Notes: generated by a model not told the origin, from the letters alone. A stretch of DNA of 64,000 bases from Podarcis muralis (GCF_964188315.1 NC_135664.1:25110001-25174000), one strand, 5' to 3'. Shown: positions 37,542 through 50,241, numbered from the stretch's first letter. Translations and numbers: made by a program.

Positions 37542-37726
37542 GTAAAACCACTTTTGTTGCTCACCTGAAATGCATGTAAAATGACGCTGAAATACTCAAA
37601 TGAATTATAAAGCTGCCACACAAAAACCAAGCTATTTAGCATAACCAAGTAGCAGTAACGTTTAAGGCATAAAAAAGTGGCTGTAGCCTGGGGTAGCCTG
37701 ATGATAGTAGCACTAGAAAAAAGAAG

Positions 37727-37727
<1 letters not shown>

Positions 37728-37769
<42 letters not shown>
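37728..37769. repeat. (AC)n microsatellite in intron 3
   Basis: Direct reading. Confidence 0.95.
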
Positions 37770-37772
<3 letters not shown>

Positions 37773-38066
37773 GTGTATACCTGAAGGAGCGTCTCCACCC
37801 CCATCATTCTGCCCAGACACTGAGGTCCAGCTCTGAGGGCCTTCTGGCAGTTCCCTCACTGAAGTTACAGGGAACCAGACAGAGGGCCTTCTCGGTAGTG
37901 GCACCCATCAAATGTCAAAGAAATAAACAACTACCTGACTTTTAGAAAACATCTGAAGGCAGCCCTGTTTGGTGAAGTTTTTAATGTTTGATACTTTATC
38001 ATGTTTTTATCGTGGTTTTTAATATTGTATTGAGAGCACCCAGATGGGCAGGGTATAAATTATTAC

Positions 38067-38110
<44 letters not shown>
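37770..38110 (+). mobile_element. L2-type LINE 3' end with (ATT)n tail
   Basis: gagggccttctcggtagtggcaccc...gcagccctgttt...gaagtttttaatg...gggcagggtataaat(att)n; shorter tails of the same family at ~32860-33000 and ~44450-44580. Confidence 0.7.
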
Positions 38111-38708
38111 GGTTTGAAGAACGAGGAGGGAACAAAGGCTCTGAAGGGATAGGATCTGTCTCACATGAAGTAGTTTATCAGGAGGAAGTGGAATTGCAGA
38201 TAATTAATTCAGCAGCTTAGCTACTCACCAGCCACTTCGTGTAGTTCAGGGACATAAGAACATAAGAAAAGCCCAGCTGAATCAGACCTGTTCTCACAGT
38301 TATTCTCTATTAAACAACCTTCCTAACACACACACTCTCTGAAATGTCAGTGAGGGACAATGGTGGCAGGTGCGAAGAGATGAGCAATGTTACGGTGATA
38401 GCAGATGCTTCTCAACCACTGCTCCTGATTCGTAAGTGGACCTGTGAATTTTTCTGACACCTCAGTCCTCACTCTTTACCTGAGTTGCTGGGACCGAACA
38501 ATAATGCTCTCTTGGACCATTTGAATACAGAAAGTTCTACTGTACGGTATTGCCTTCCAACAAGTTTTGCAATAATAGTGCAAACGTCTTCCATAGTATG
38601 GACCCAGTTTTTCTCTTCAATAATGCATTCATGCCATAATGCATTCATTCTTCCATCTCCTTCTCTTTGGTGGTCTGTTGCGCTTATTTAGCTCCTTTTC
38701 TCTTTCAG

Positions 38709-38764
38709 GGTATCTTCCCATCCAGCTATATTCACTTGAAAAATGCATGTGTTAAGAACAAAGG
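38709..38764 (+). CDS. DOCK4: DOCK4 exon 4 (SH3 end)
   Basis: ctctttcag|GGT ATC...AAA GG|gtaggt = GIFPSSYIHLKNACVKNK(G); 56 nt. Confidence 0.97.
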
Positions 38765-39901
38765 GTAGGTGGAGATTTTGGGATTTTCTGAAATTTTGGC
38801 AAAGGCTATAAAGCAGCAGTGGGGAAAGGGGAAGGCTGCTGTAAGAATTGTGTTGAAAACGGATAAATCTTTCAAAGTGAAGCCCATGGCACCTTAAAGG
38901 CCTGGTGTAGATGGGTGGGAAATTGGGAGTGCCCTATGCGTTTGTGTAGCCACCAGCCTTTTTAACTATGGCGCAGCATCACTTTATTTAAACTAGCCAT
39001 GCAATCAGAGATATGGGTTTGAAAACTGCGTTAGAGTAACTATGATTAGGGGAAAGGGCAGGGCAAGTGTAATTTTGCAGCACAGTTAGTTTCCAAAATG
39101 AAAGGGAGGTAGAATTTCACATGAATGAGGGGAAGGAGTCTGCAACCTGTTGAGGCACTGTTGGTCTCTTAACCATGATTAGGAGTCATGTTAATCTTTA
39201 AACTATCACGGGACTCTTTTATTCCCTTGCACCAGATGTAATGGAGCTTATTTTGGAGTGCAAATATTATTGGTGGTTAACAATATCAGTCACTGAAAGA
39301 CTCCAGATGTCATTTTAATTGTGCATTCATAGGATTTGTGCTCATGATGGTATCGGTGTGGTTCTGCATAATCTTCTGTTTTCGGTCCTGCAAAAATTTT
39401 CAGGCCAGATATACTGTTTTGTTTCCAATCAGGGCATATCCCATGTCTTCCTACTGAAATCCTATAACGTTTCTAACCACAAATATTATGGGTTATATAT
39501 TTATTTATTTGGACAACTTAAATACCACTTATATTTAAGCACAACTCTAAGCAGTTTGCAACATAGATTTAAAAGTTTAAATAATGAGCAACACAACTAT
39601 CAACTTCTTTAGTATCCAAAACAAACATGACACACACAAAAATCTGCTACAAAATTGCGCAGGAAATTCATAGTAAATATAGTAAACTATTATCTAAGCA
39701 CCAGAAAGTAACATATTACAAAGGCCAATAGATTGAACACTATAAATTCCACCCTTTTAAGTAACATGGTTGATGTGGTTTTGACCTACTTTAGTTGCAA
39801 TATAGTGCAACAGTATCCCTCTAGATGCCAATAAGACAATAACACTGGGGAAGCATAACAGAACAACTAACAAAGTGGAATTATGTGTGGATGGTCCACA
39901 A

Positions 39902-39951
39902 TCACTCGCTCACTCACTCACTCACTCACTCACTCACTCAAACACTCACTC
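39902..39951. repeat. (CACT)n tetranucleotide repeat
   Basis: Direct reading. Confidence 0.9.
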
Positions 39952-40336
39952 AAACATTATTATTGCATCAGTGACCCACTCTAGAATACACCTGCCAAAA
40001 ACAAAACCATTCTGGCAGAATAACAATAATTAAAACTTCTTAGCAGAGCCTGCATACTGGAAAGGCTCTTGGTTATGATGTTTCCACACTGTGGTGTAGA
40101 CCAAGCAGAATGCCTGATGGTCCATTGCAATGATACTTTGCTGCAGAATTATCACAGAACAGCATGTTAGAGTCAGTTTCTCAGTCTCCATTAATGTTCA
40201 AAAGTTCTTAGGGATTATAAACTGAAGGAAACTGCATACCAGTTCGGTAATCCCAACCTGGTTTTGTGATCTTAAACTGCTTAGTAAAAGTAAGCCATTT
40301 TAATGCTGGATATTGTATTTCTTTTGATGGCAACAG

Positions 40337-40433
40337 GCAGTTTGAAATGGTTGTTCCCACAGAAGATTCGGTTATCACAGAGATGACGTCAACTTTAAGA
40401 GACTGGGGAACGATGTGGAAACAACTTTATGTG
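40337..40433 (+). CDS. DOCK4: DOCK4 exon 5
   Basis: caacag|G CAG TTT...TAT GTG|gtaaat = QFEMVVPTEDSVITEMTSTLRDWGTMWKQLYV; 97 nt; embedded in ORF 40266..40526. Confidence 0.97.
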
Positions 40434-40500
40434 GTAAATGCACCATGTGCCTATTCTGGAAACAATTTTAGGAATAAAGCAATAAAGTGGTTTTATTTTA

Positions 40501-40555
40501 TTTTATTATTTAAAAAACAAATCTAAGTATTTTATTATTTAAAAAACAAATCTAA
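40501..40555. repeat. 29-bp-period tandem duplication ~70 nt after the exon 5 donor
   Basis: ttttattatttaaaaaacaaatctaa at 40501-40526 and 40530-40555. Confidence 0.9.
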
Positions 40556-40796
40556 AATGGTAAACCAGTTATTTCATAAAAAATGTTGAAAGCCCTGTGT
40601 GTGGTCAGTGAGTTCAGCTTTAATAATGTTGGGGTGGGACAGGGAAAGAGGGTACCTGGATGAAGTTCTCTGATTTTCCCCAAGCTGATGATTGTTGCTG
40701 CCAGGCAAAGTGTGGAGATAATCTTTTGGGTTCTCCAGGCATAGTCATAGTTCAGCAGCCATAATTCTAAACATAATACTAGCATGAGAATTTAGT

Positions 40797-41134
40797 TGTG
40801 GGTAAACCACAGAGCCTAGGACTTGCCGATCAGAAGGTCTGTGGTTTGAATCCCCGCGACGGGGTGAGCTCCCGTTGCTCGCTCCCTGCTCCTGCCAACC
40901 TAGCAGTTTGAAAGCACGTCAAAGTGCAAGTAGATAAATAGGTACCGCTCCAGCGGGAAGGTAAACGGCATTTCCGTGCGCTGCTCTGGTTCGCCAGAAG
41001 TGGCTTAGTCATGCTGGCCACATGACCCAGAAGCTGTACGCCGGCTCCCTCGGCCAATAAAGCAAGATGAGTGCCGCAACCCCAGAGTCAGCCACGATTG
41101 GACCTAATGGTCAGGGGTCCCTTTACCTTTACCT
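40797..41134 (+). mobile_element. Sauria SINE, slightly 5'-truncated (intron 5)
   Basis: Starts at tgtgggtaaaccacagagcc; tail ccctttacctttacct. Confidence 0.9.
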
Positions 41135-41811
41135 ACTATGCGAATCACATCCTTTTATGTATATAATGCTTGTTCCATAAGGAGACATTTAGGTGACAGC
41201 TGCTTTCTTGCAAATAGCCCAATTCTTGAGTCAGTTGGATTAATTTTAGGAGTGAAGGTAAAGACTAGATAACAAAATGTTAGAAGTAAACCTGACCTTT
41301 AAAAAAAAAAAAAGTATCTTGCATGTTTGCACTTTGAATTGAGATAAAGCAGATTTTTTTTACAAAGAAAGAAGCCTGCTTTGATGCACAAAAGTAGCAG
41401 AAAGACTGACCTTGAATTCTTGAAAATAACAGCCTAAACAGTACTTGCACAAAGCTAATCTAACAGATTCAAAGTGAAATCCAATGTACTACCAACATTA
41501 AAACGACACAGTGCCATTGGTGACTTTAAAATATTCATTCCAATCCATATGAGAGTCCTTAGACTATAATCCTTCTATTCAATAAAGTTTATTGGAATGA
41601 CCAGAGACCATTTCAGACATTTGCCTTGCTTCCTGATAACAGCCTATAAGCAGCAGAAGATATGGGATTGTTGTGTGCCCTTACTGTACATAGAAAAATA
41701 TCACATGTAACCAAGACATATGGGGTGCAGAGAATGGGAACCATCTAGTTTTCATCATCCTTATTCATGCTATAAAGGGTAGAAGGAAGGTAGTAAGTGG
41801 GCAGCTGGCAC

Positions 41812-41982
41812 CAGCGGCGTAGCGTGGGTTGTCAGCACCCGGGGCAAGGCAAGTAATTTGTGCCCCCAACCCGTGGATTTGCGCCCCCTAACCTGTGGAT
41901 TTGTGCCCCCTAACCCATGGATTTGCCCTAACCCCAGATGTTGCGCCCGGTGCGGCCAGCCCCCCCTGCACCCCCACGCTAC
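41812..41982. mobile_element. hAT MITE with internal ~22-bp tandem repeats
   Basis: Left TIR cagcggcgtagcgtggg, right cccacgctac (truncated); TSD GCTGGCAC; three units of aacccgtggatttgcgccccct. Confidence 0.7.
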
Positions 41983-42599
41983 GCTGGCACTTTGGGGTCA
42001 AGTTCCTTTCTCTGCATTATGGTAGACATACATGTAGACATGACCAAGCCCAAGTCATTGCTGAGACAGGAGTGCGAACATGCTGGGAATGTGGCCTTGG
42101 AGCCACAGCAACCATCCAACTGCTTGACCTCACCCCCCTGAACAAAAGTTTTATATGTCAAGATAAGGAGGCAATTTGGGAGTGCGGAGGAGTTTGAGGG
42201 GTAGGGATCAAGTCTATTACAAGACTATACTTTTACACAGTTACAGAGCAAGATGTACAGTCCGAACTCCACAAACCCGGAAATGAGTCTTCCGGTTTGC
42301 GAATGTTCTTTGGAAGCCGAACGTCTTACAGGGCTTCCGTGGCTTCTGATTGGCTGCAGGAGCTTCCTGCAGCCAATCAAAAGCCGTGCTTTGGTTTCCA
42401 AACATTTTGGAAGTCGAACCGACTTCCAGAATGGATTCCGTTCGACTTCCAAGGTATGACTGTATATATATATGTTTCTGCAAACCGAGGAACAGAATAC
42501 TCTAGAGAAGCAAAAGTGTTCTTTGTTTTATTTTGCATTTCTTAATCTCTGTACCAAACTTCAGAAGGCTAAGAATTTGGTTTTATATATATTTGACAG

Positions 42600-42748
42600 A
42601 GAAATGAAGGGGATCTCTTTCACCGACTATGGCATATAATGAATGAAATCCTAGACCTACGACGGCAGGTGCTCGTCGGCCATCTCACCCATGATAGGAT
42701 GAAGGATGTCAAAAGGCACATCACTGCTCGCTTGGACTGGGGCAACGA
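42600..42748 (+). CDS. DOCK4: DOCK4 exon 6
   Basis: tttgacag|AGA AAT...AAC GA|gtgagt = RNEGDLFHRLWHIMNEILDLRRQVLVGHLTHDRMKDVKRHITARLDWGN(E); 149 nt. Confidence 0.97.
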
Positions 42749-43253
42749 GTGAGTAAGAGATGATATACAAAACCAGTTGTGTTTTCCTCCATTCATTGCA
42801 TTTATTTATTACAAGGCAATTAAAAGGAAGCAACATGAAGAGCAGGCAGCTTTTACACAGGAAGGTTTAAAGGGGGGGCCGGTCCATCACCATTACTGAT
42901 GCTCGTGAAAAATGTATGTCCTTTTAGCTGCCTTGGGAAAAGAAATGGTCAGTCTCCGGGAAGCCTCTTGTTTAAGTGAAAGGCAGGTCTGCACACAAGA
43001 GGGAAACTCTCATCCTGTCCCTTCCACCTGCAGCTTTGTGCCTTTCATTTCATCTCCATCCCTGACAACAGTGACTTTTCTGCAGTGGAAAACAGAAGAT
43101 GGGAAACAGTCACACCTTGACTGGAACTTCACTCAAGGGTTTTGGGTTTTTTTGCTTCTGCTTGTTGTCCAGTTTTCTTATTTATTCCGGCAGTTTATAC
43201 ACTGCTTATTTACAGCCTTCTAAGTGCTGTACAGGCTACTTAACAATGCAATG

Positions 43254-43306
<53 letters not shown>

Positions 43307-46300
43307 CCAGCTAAACATTAAAATTGAAAGTTCAGTTAAAATACCTGCTGAAATAAAAGCCTTAAGTATGAATTGCTGTCTGTGTGCTCTCACGTCACTG
43401 GAGAGTGCAAATATTCCATGCAACAGAGGAGGATTGCATAAGGCTTTCCCACAATTTGGTACCTGCCCAAGAGGTTTCGAAAGACCTTCACAACCATCTC
43501 TGTATGTGTATTTACACACATCCCCTAGCAGCATGCAATTCCCGCAAGGGCAAGAGACTCCAGTTCCCCTGGATTAGTGTATGAAGGGGCCTTCACAGTG
43601 GTGGTGTCCTCAAGCATTATTGTGCATTTATATTTGCAATGTTATTTATTAAAGTGCAACAGAAATTCCTGTTTCTCTTCTTCTACTGGTGCCTCCAGCC
43701 CCCCCCCCCCGGTGCCATCAAAATCAGCTCTGAAGGGTTAGAGGAGCCTCTGGAGCAGATTTTGGGTGTTTGTGAGGGAGGAGAGGAAACAGAAGCCTAT
43801 TGCACAAGTGGAACTCCAACTGTACAACCTAGTCTCATTAATGCTTCTTCTTGACTGCGACCACAAAACAGCTGAGTGTCTTGCACCAGAATTGAGTTTC
43901 ATTTGGCCATGGGCACAGCCAGATTGCTTTCTATCTGTACGGATAATCTCAAATTATAAACGGCAAAATAAAATTCCACAAAGGCAGAAGGAATTCAGAA
44001 AACCTTTGCCTTTTGCTCTCATCTGAATATTTGCTTGCAGACATACAGTAAATCAACATGCCGTGTTAAAGTTTTTATAGCAAACAAGCCTTTGTGTTTC
44101 TGTGCTTGCTAAACCCGTGCCATATCAAAGCCTTTCACTTCGCTTTTACTAAATGCATAATACCGTCACCTATTTCGGAAATGAAAAATTCATACTGTTA
44201 TGTGTTGACGCTGAATGTGATCTGAATGTTGCCAGGTAAGCCTCCCACTGATCTTGACAGCACCTTGCAGGGTTTGAAAAAACTAACCAGCTCATCTCTA
44301 TTCTAGACACGACGCTGTAGGAAAAAATAAACACAGTGGGCTTCTCTCATCTCAAAATTATTTGGGACAGTGGCAACAGAGGCTGAAAGCACCTAGGCAG
44401 TGGCATTAAAGTTCAGGATTATGTTCTTGCAGAGAACTGATAGGACTAAAGTTTCTTAGGGAAGTTTTTAATGTTTGATATTTTACTGTGATTGATGTTT
44501 TAATTTGTTGGAAGCTGCCCAGAGTGGCTGGGGAAACCCGGTCAAATGGGAAGCATCCAAGTATACAATGATAATGATGACTGTGAGAGGTGCCCACTAT
44601 CGGGAACCTGTTTTGTGCTTTCTTTGCAAATGAATGGGTGCTTAAGCTGTAAAACAACTGTAAAAGGCTCATCCATTCTAAAGATCCAACAAAAAATAAA
44701 ATTAAAAAAACCCAAATGTACCCCTGTTTCTATGCCATTGTTGTAAGCGCTTCTGTATTATCTCCTTCCTGTGTTGTCATCTATGAGGATTGCTTTACTA
44801 GGGTTTGTTGCCTGTGTCTGAGCACATAACACGTAAGGGGCTTGCATGAGAATCGATCATTTACTGCAGTGCACATTAAGCTAGAGAGCAGGCAGAGAGT
44901 GAATAGAATATGGAATAGAATATGGGTGGCAGTAGAGTATATGTGGTCGTATTTCACAGGGGCCGAGACTGGAGATAAATCCAGATAATAGACCATGCAT
45001 AGGGATGCTCCTATATGAAAGTAGAAAGTTTTGCGCAGATTTTGCCTCTTCCTAGAAGCGGTTTGCTCACCAGTTGTTTTAGAGGCAAGGCGGCAGGCGT
45101 CTGTACATATTCCTGGGAGAGCTTTAATCTTCTAAATTAAAGGAGCTGCTTGTACAATTTGCAAACCAAAGATACTTAAGTGTTTCTGATGCATCGCAAG
45201 ATTAGGCAGGTGAGTTATTCAGATTTATGCCATCTGCTACCTGATTATTTCTTCCTCGGCATTTGTTGCACCACTTGCAGAACAAAGCCTGGATAAAATA
45301 ACTGGCACATTCAGAGGCCTTGCAGCCTCCTTTCTCGGTGCAGCCCCTTAGACAGCCTCCCAAATTGGGCCTCTCTAGGAACCTGTTCATGGAGGGCTGT
45401 AGCTGGGGAGTAATCCTCGGTGTACTGGAAGACAGAGATCTCCCCTCATGCAATAAGCACATTGTATCCAAGTTTTAGAAACAAGAGCACGGGCAGAAAA
45501 AAGATATAGGACAAACAGGGACTGCCTATATCCTGCAGGGTTGCAAATAGCTGATAAAGCTTTGAATCTGAATCCCACACCAAAAGCTAAAAAATGTTTC
45601 CAAAACGTATACTGTTATCATTTCCGCCCTGGCAATCACGACCTGATACTCTCCTCCATTTCATATTGTGCTACTTTCTTATAATAGAAGGATAGACTTG
45701 TTGAATTGGAAGAGATCCCGAGGGTCATCTAGTTCAACTAGGGATTTCAACTATTAACGTCTAATGTCATTATTTGACATCTAATGTCCTTGTTTTGACA
45801 TTTGCAATCCAGTATTTTACATCCAAAATAAGTGCTAGATTAGAAAATAATTAAGTGTACGACTGCATGCGAATACTTTGAACATTAGGGTGGGGTATTG
45901 TTTAGAGGGGTTTTTTCCGGCTGGGGCAATATTTAGTTTTGAATATGCATTTATTATCCGACTTAACATTGGTGTATTTTGTTGTCAGACTTGCTCATGA
46001 ATTCTCAGCAAGTTGTTTAACTCTGTTGGACATTTGTTCCTATGAGATGTTTTCGTTAGTGCATCGCTTATATGACTACTTAAATTTTCTTAGGTTTTGT
46101 AACGGTTGCAGAATTGTGTGAAACGTTTTGATGTTGTGAATCACCTTGATCATGGTTTCCTGTGGGAAATCAGCATGCAAATAAATGATGCTGGCCAACC
46201 ATTATAAGCTCTATATAAATGGGATTAATAATAATTGTTTCTAATAATATTGCACTGGATGCATGTTTTGCAATCATGTGGAACAAAGTGCTTATTTATT

Positions 46301-46445
46301 TATTCATTTCATTTCATTTCATTTCTATACCGCCTGCCTCCTTTGCAGCTGTCAATGGATAAAGAGAATAAGAGATCCTAACTATGCTTTTAGAAGGTTC
46401 TAGCCAATGTCCTTTACCAACCAGACTTTCCATATTCCCTTGCAG

Positions 46446-46530
46446 ACAACTAGGACTTGACTTGGTACCAAGAAAGGAATATGCTATGGTGGATCCAGAG
46501 GATATCAGTATCACAGAGCTGTATAGGCTG
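46446..46530 (+). CDS. DOCK4: DOCK4 exon 7
   Basis: cccttgcag|A CAA CTA...AGG CTG|gtaagt = QLGLDLVPRKEYAMVDPEDISITELYRL; 85 nt. Confidence 0.97.
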
Positions 46531-46985
46531 GTAAGTAAATTTCCACTTTCCTCCAGTTCTCTTAAGCTTGCAATCCTATACACCAGGGATGGGGACCAAA
46601 TAGAAGTCTCCATGCCTCCTTAACTGACCCTCTGGAATTTTCCAACGCTACGCCCATTTCCCCAGGCCAGACCACTTTTCATTCCTGCTTCACCCCCTCC
46701 ATGAGTGTTTTTGCCTGGTTGGGAAGCTTCCAACCAACTCTGATAATGCCTCTTGCTTTCTTGTAAGCTACCATGTGTTCATTGGAGTAAGGATGGGATA
46801 TAAAGTAAAAAGGGAGTGAATAAACTGAACCTCACTATTTACTAGATGCAGCAATTGGTGAACAAGCTCAGCCAAAACATTTCAATCTTTTTCCAGTATT
46901 ACCTAATGAAAACTCAAATGCACATCACTGATGACTGAGGTTAAAAATAAGATCTGGTGGAGAAAAATTATGTTTCAGGCAAGAG

Positions 46986-47181
46986 AAAGGTAAAAGTAAA
47001 GGGACGCCTGACCATTAGGTCCAGTCGTGGCCGACTCTGGGGTTGCGGCGCTCATCTTGCTTTATTGGCCACTTCTGGCGAACCAGAGCAGCACACGGAA
47101 ATGCCGTTTACCTTCCCACCGGAGTGATACCTATTTATCTACTTGCACTTTGACATGCTTTCGAACTGCTAGGTTGGCAGG
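46986..47181 (-). mobile_element. Sauria SINE, internally deleted and truncated (intron 7)
   Basis: Tail aaggtaaaagtaaaggg, core cgaactgctaggttggcagga; ends ~110 nt before the exon 8 acceptor. Confidence 0.88.
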
Positions 47182-47291
47182 ACAGGCAAGAGAACGTAGC
47201 CTTATTTTCAGCATTAGTCTATGGTATGCTGAATTTTATAAAATACAAAATTGCAACCTGACTGTGTATTTCTGTTGATGGCCATATGTAG

Positions 47292-47443
47292 ATGGAGCAC
47301 CGTCATCGCAAGAAAGACACACCTGTCCCAGCAAGCAGCCACCACCTCTTCGTTCAGATGAAGAGTCTGATGTGTTCCAACTTGGGAGAAGAACTAGAAG
47401 TCATCTTCTCACTCTTTGATAGCAAAGAGAACCGACCAATCAG
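47292..47443 (+). CDS. DOCK4: DOCK4 exon 8
   Basis: atatgtag|ATG GAG...ATC AG|gtagtt = MEHRHRKKDTPVPASSHHLFVQMKSLMCSNLGEELEVIFSLFDSKENRPI(S); 152 nt; ends in phase 2; no exon 9 (ERFFLRLNRNG-like) found downstream in the window. Confidence 0.97.
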
Positions 47444-49629
47444 GTAGTTTCATTGAAGAAAGCAAAAATGTTCCTTCATGCATTCTTGTCTTCATTTGGA
47501 GAACAAAGAAATTTTGCCTTGCATGTGTTGACTCTTGGGTCTTAGGGAACCCATAAATGTAATCCCAAATTTGTATTTTAATTGTTGTTGTCTAACTTTC
47601 TGAATTGGAGTCTGAGCCACTGAACACATTGATCCAGTTGGTATATGAACATAGGTGGCTACTTGTTTTCCTTACTGGAAACGACCACTGATGGATACAT
47701 GGGGTGATCAACACATGGGTGTTCAGCTACAATTTTTAACGTGGTTCTATTTCATCTTATTTATCTAGATATTTCTATATCACCATTTGTCATTGTTGCC
47801 TCTGGTTACTGTTGATTTGCCATCTAGTTTTCCTTTGCTGCTGCTGCTTCTCCTTCCTTAATCAGTTGGATAATTGATCCCAACAAAGTTGGGAGTTGCA
47901 TAGCAAGTAAGGTGTCTTTGTGATGTTGTGCAGTTCAATTAGGCTGAATAAATGTCACTACGGGCAAATGAGTGACACCACTGATTCCAGATTAGTCATC
48001 GCAGTGATTGCGACAGGTCAGAGCTCAAAGTGAACAGGATGATATAACAAATGCTAAATACCAATCAGATTTTGCCCTGATGTCACAGAGGGCAGGTGAA
48101 TTCAGTGTTGGGTTAGAGCAAGTCAGTGATGAAATGTTGTCAAGGCAAGCATTTTTTCAGTGCTGCTGATTTTCATGAATTGCTTTCAGCACAGCCCTGT
48201 GCTCAGTTTCATTGACATCAATGGGATATCTTCCTGAAAACATTGTTAGGATTAGCCTTTATTCAGCCACATCTGAATCCAACCATTACCAGACATACAG
48301 TATCACTATCTAATCACTCAATGATACAAAGTTTTGTGTTGACGGGGGCTGATAAATTCATTGCAAGGTGTTTACTTTCTTATGTATGGCAAGTGCTGCT
48401 TAGTTTTATTTAAAACTCACCTTTACATTAATACATCAAAATTTGCTAGATCAGAATTCCTGGAAATAGCAGTTTTGAATAGCTAGCTAACCAAAGTGAC
48501 TGTTTTCCATACACTATAAAAACCTGCGAAAATGGCTCTTTCCTTCCTGCCAAGCTATACTTTTCGAAGGTGAAGAAATGTATCACCATTATGTTATGAA
48601 GAGAGAAGAAAAGAGACCAGATTATATGGCACAGAGGTTATTTCCAGAGTGCAGGGCAGCCTATGCTGGCTGGGACTGTTGTGCAAAGCTACTGAAGGAC
48701 ACCAGGTTGGCAAAAGCTCGTGTTGGGAAATCCATAATTCTTGCCAAGCTCTGCTTCCTCTGCATTAAAAGCCATTAGTGGAATTTACGCTGCATTACAG
48801 CCACTACCTGCTGAGATTTCCCCCCCAACCCACCCCCAGATTTGTTTATAATGGATATGTGCTTGTGTGATTTTTGGAAGTAAGACAGAGTCTTTGAGTT
48901 GTAAATAAATAAATCTCTGGCTGTCTGAAGACAGAATGCCCATTATTAACATATTAGACTAAGCCTCCGTCTCTTATCCATTGTTGCACTCAAAACTACT
49001 CAGGATTTAGAACCACGAGGTCTATAAAATAGAATCAAAACCACAGGCATGCTGCCCTAATCCGTTCTTTGTCAAAGCAATGGCAGTAAGCTTGTTCAGC
49101 TTTCTTGTTAACAGCAAACTTTGCCGCTGTATCTTGTTCACTAATCATCCTCCAAACTATTGCAAGGAAACATATTTTACATTTTTTTAAAAATTGTCAG
49201 CTTCGTTTTATATATATATTTCAAAAAAGAAGTCACAGAATATTTGTAGGAACAAAGCCTAGACTCCAAAAAGCTGCATGGCTGCTCCCAGTTGGATTGT
49301 TGATTATTTTCCTTTGAACAGCAGGCTCCAAGACCATATCGCAAACTGCTTTTGAAACTCCCCTAAGCTTCAAAAGGGATTTGCCGTGCAGCAGGGAGGA
49401 TGCCATTTGAGAAATACAAGACATTAGCTTGGGCATGTGGAACTATTTGTGCTTTTGTTTTGGACTGTGCTCCTCACACACACATTTTCCCTGATAGATT
49501 TTTTTAACTTCTTAAAAGTGCACCCCAAATTCTGATTTCCTCAGCATCTTAGTTTGTTCTGGTTTTTGGAGATCTTTCAGGGTGGCTACCTGCGGCAGGG
49601 CTCTGAGCTGAACCAGATGAATTGATGGC

Positions 49630-49673
<44 letters not shown>

Positions 49674-49942
49674 GTGTAAGAATCAGTACTTCAGACTTCA
49701 CTCCTATGCCTGCCCACTTCACTGGGCAGGTTGACAGATTGTGCCATCCTTGACCAGGATATTTGAGGATACTGTGGTCTATTGTGATTAATAATTCTTA
49801 ATACAAAAAGTATAAAGAGGCTGTTGAAATTTTAGCCCTCCGTTTTTAATTTAAAAAACAACAAACCTTGCTGACTACACTATTTGTAAGCATTTTCCTT
49901 CTTTGGATAATGTTCTTTAAACAATCTGGAAATGCTTTATTG

Positions 49943-50241
49943 CATGGGTAGGCAAACTAAGGCCTAGGGGGCAGATCCGGCCCAATCACCTTCTAAATCC
50001 GGTCCGCAGACGGTCTGGGAACCAGTGTGTAGAATGTGCTCTTTTATTTAAAAGGCACCTCTGGGTTATTTGTGGGGCCTGCCTAGTGTTTTTACATGAG
50101 CAGAATGTGTGCTTTTATTTAAAACACATCTCTGGGTTATTTGTGGGGCATAGGAATTTGTTCATTTTTTCCCTTCAAAATATAGTCCGGCCCCCCACAA
50201 GGTCTGAGGGACAGTGGGCTGAAAAAGTTTGCTGACCCCTG
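49943..50241 (+). mobile_element. hAT MITE, same family
   Basis: TIRs; perfect TSD CTTTATTG. Confidence 0.88.

Noticed and set aside
41840-41935. CRISPR-like short direct repeats
   Set aside because: Contiguous tandem units without unique spacers, inside a eukaryotic MITE.
45056-45215. Strong CAG|GTGAGT donor with upstream acceptor (154 nt)
   Set aside because: Stops in the frame needed for exon 7 and the nearby ATG is in the wrong phase; indistinguishable from ordinary pseudo-exons.
48120-48172. Possible C/D-box snoRNA (GTGATGA...CTGA)
   Set aside because: Only ~45 nt between boxes, no terminal stem and no recognisable rRNA guide.
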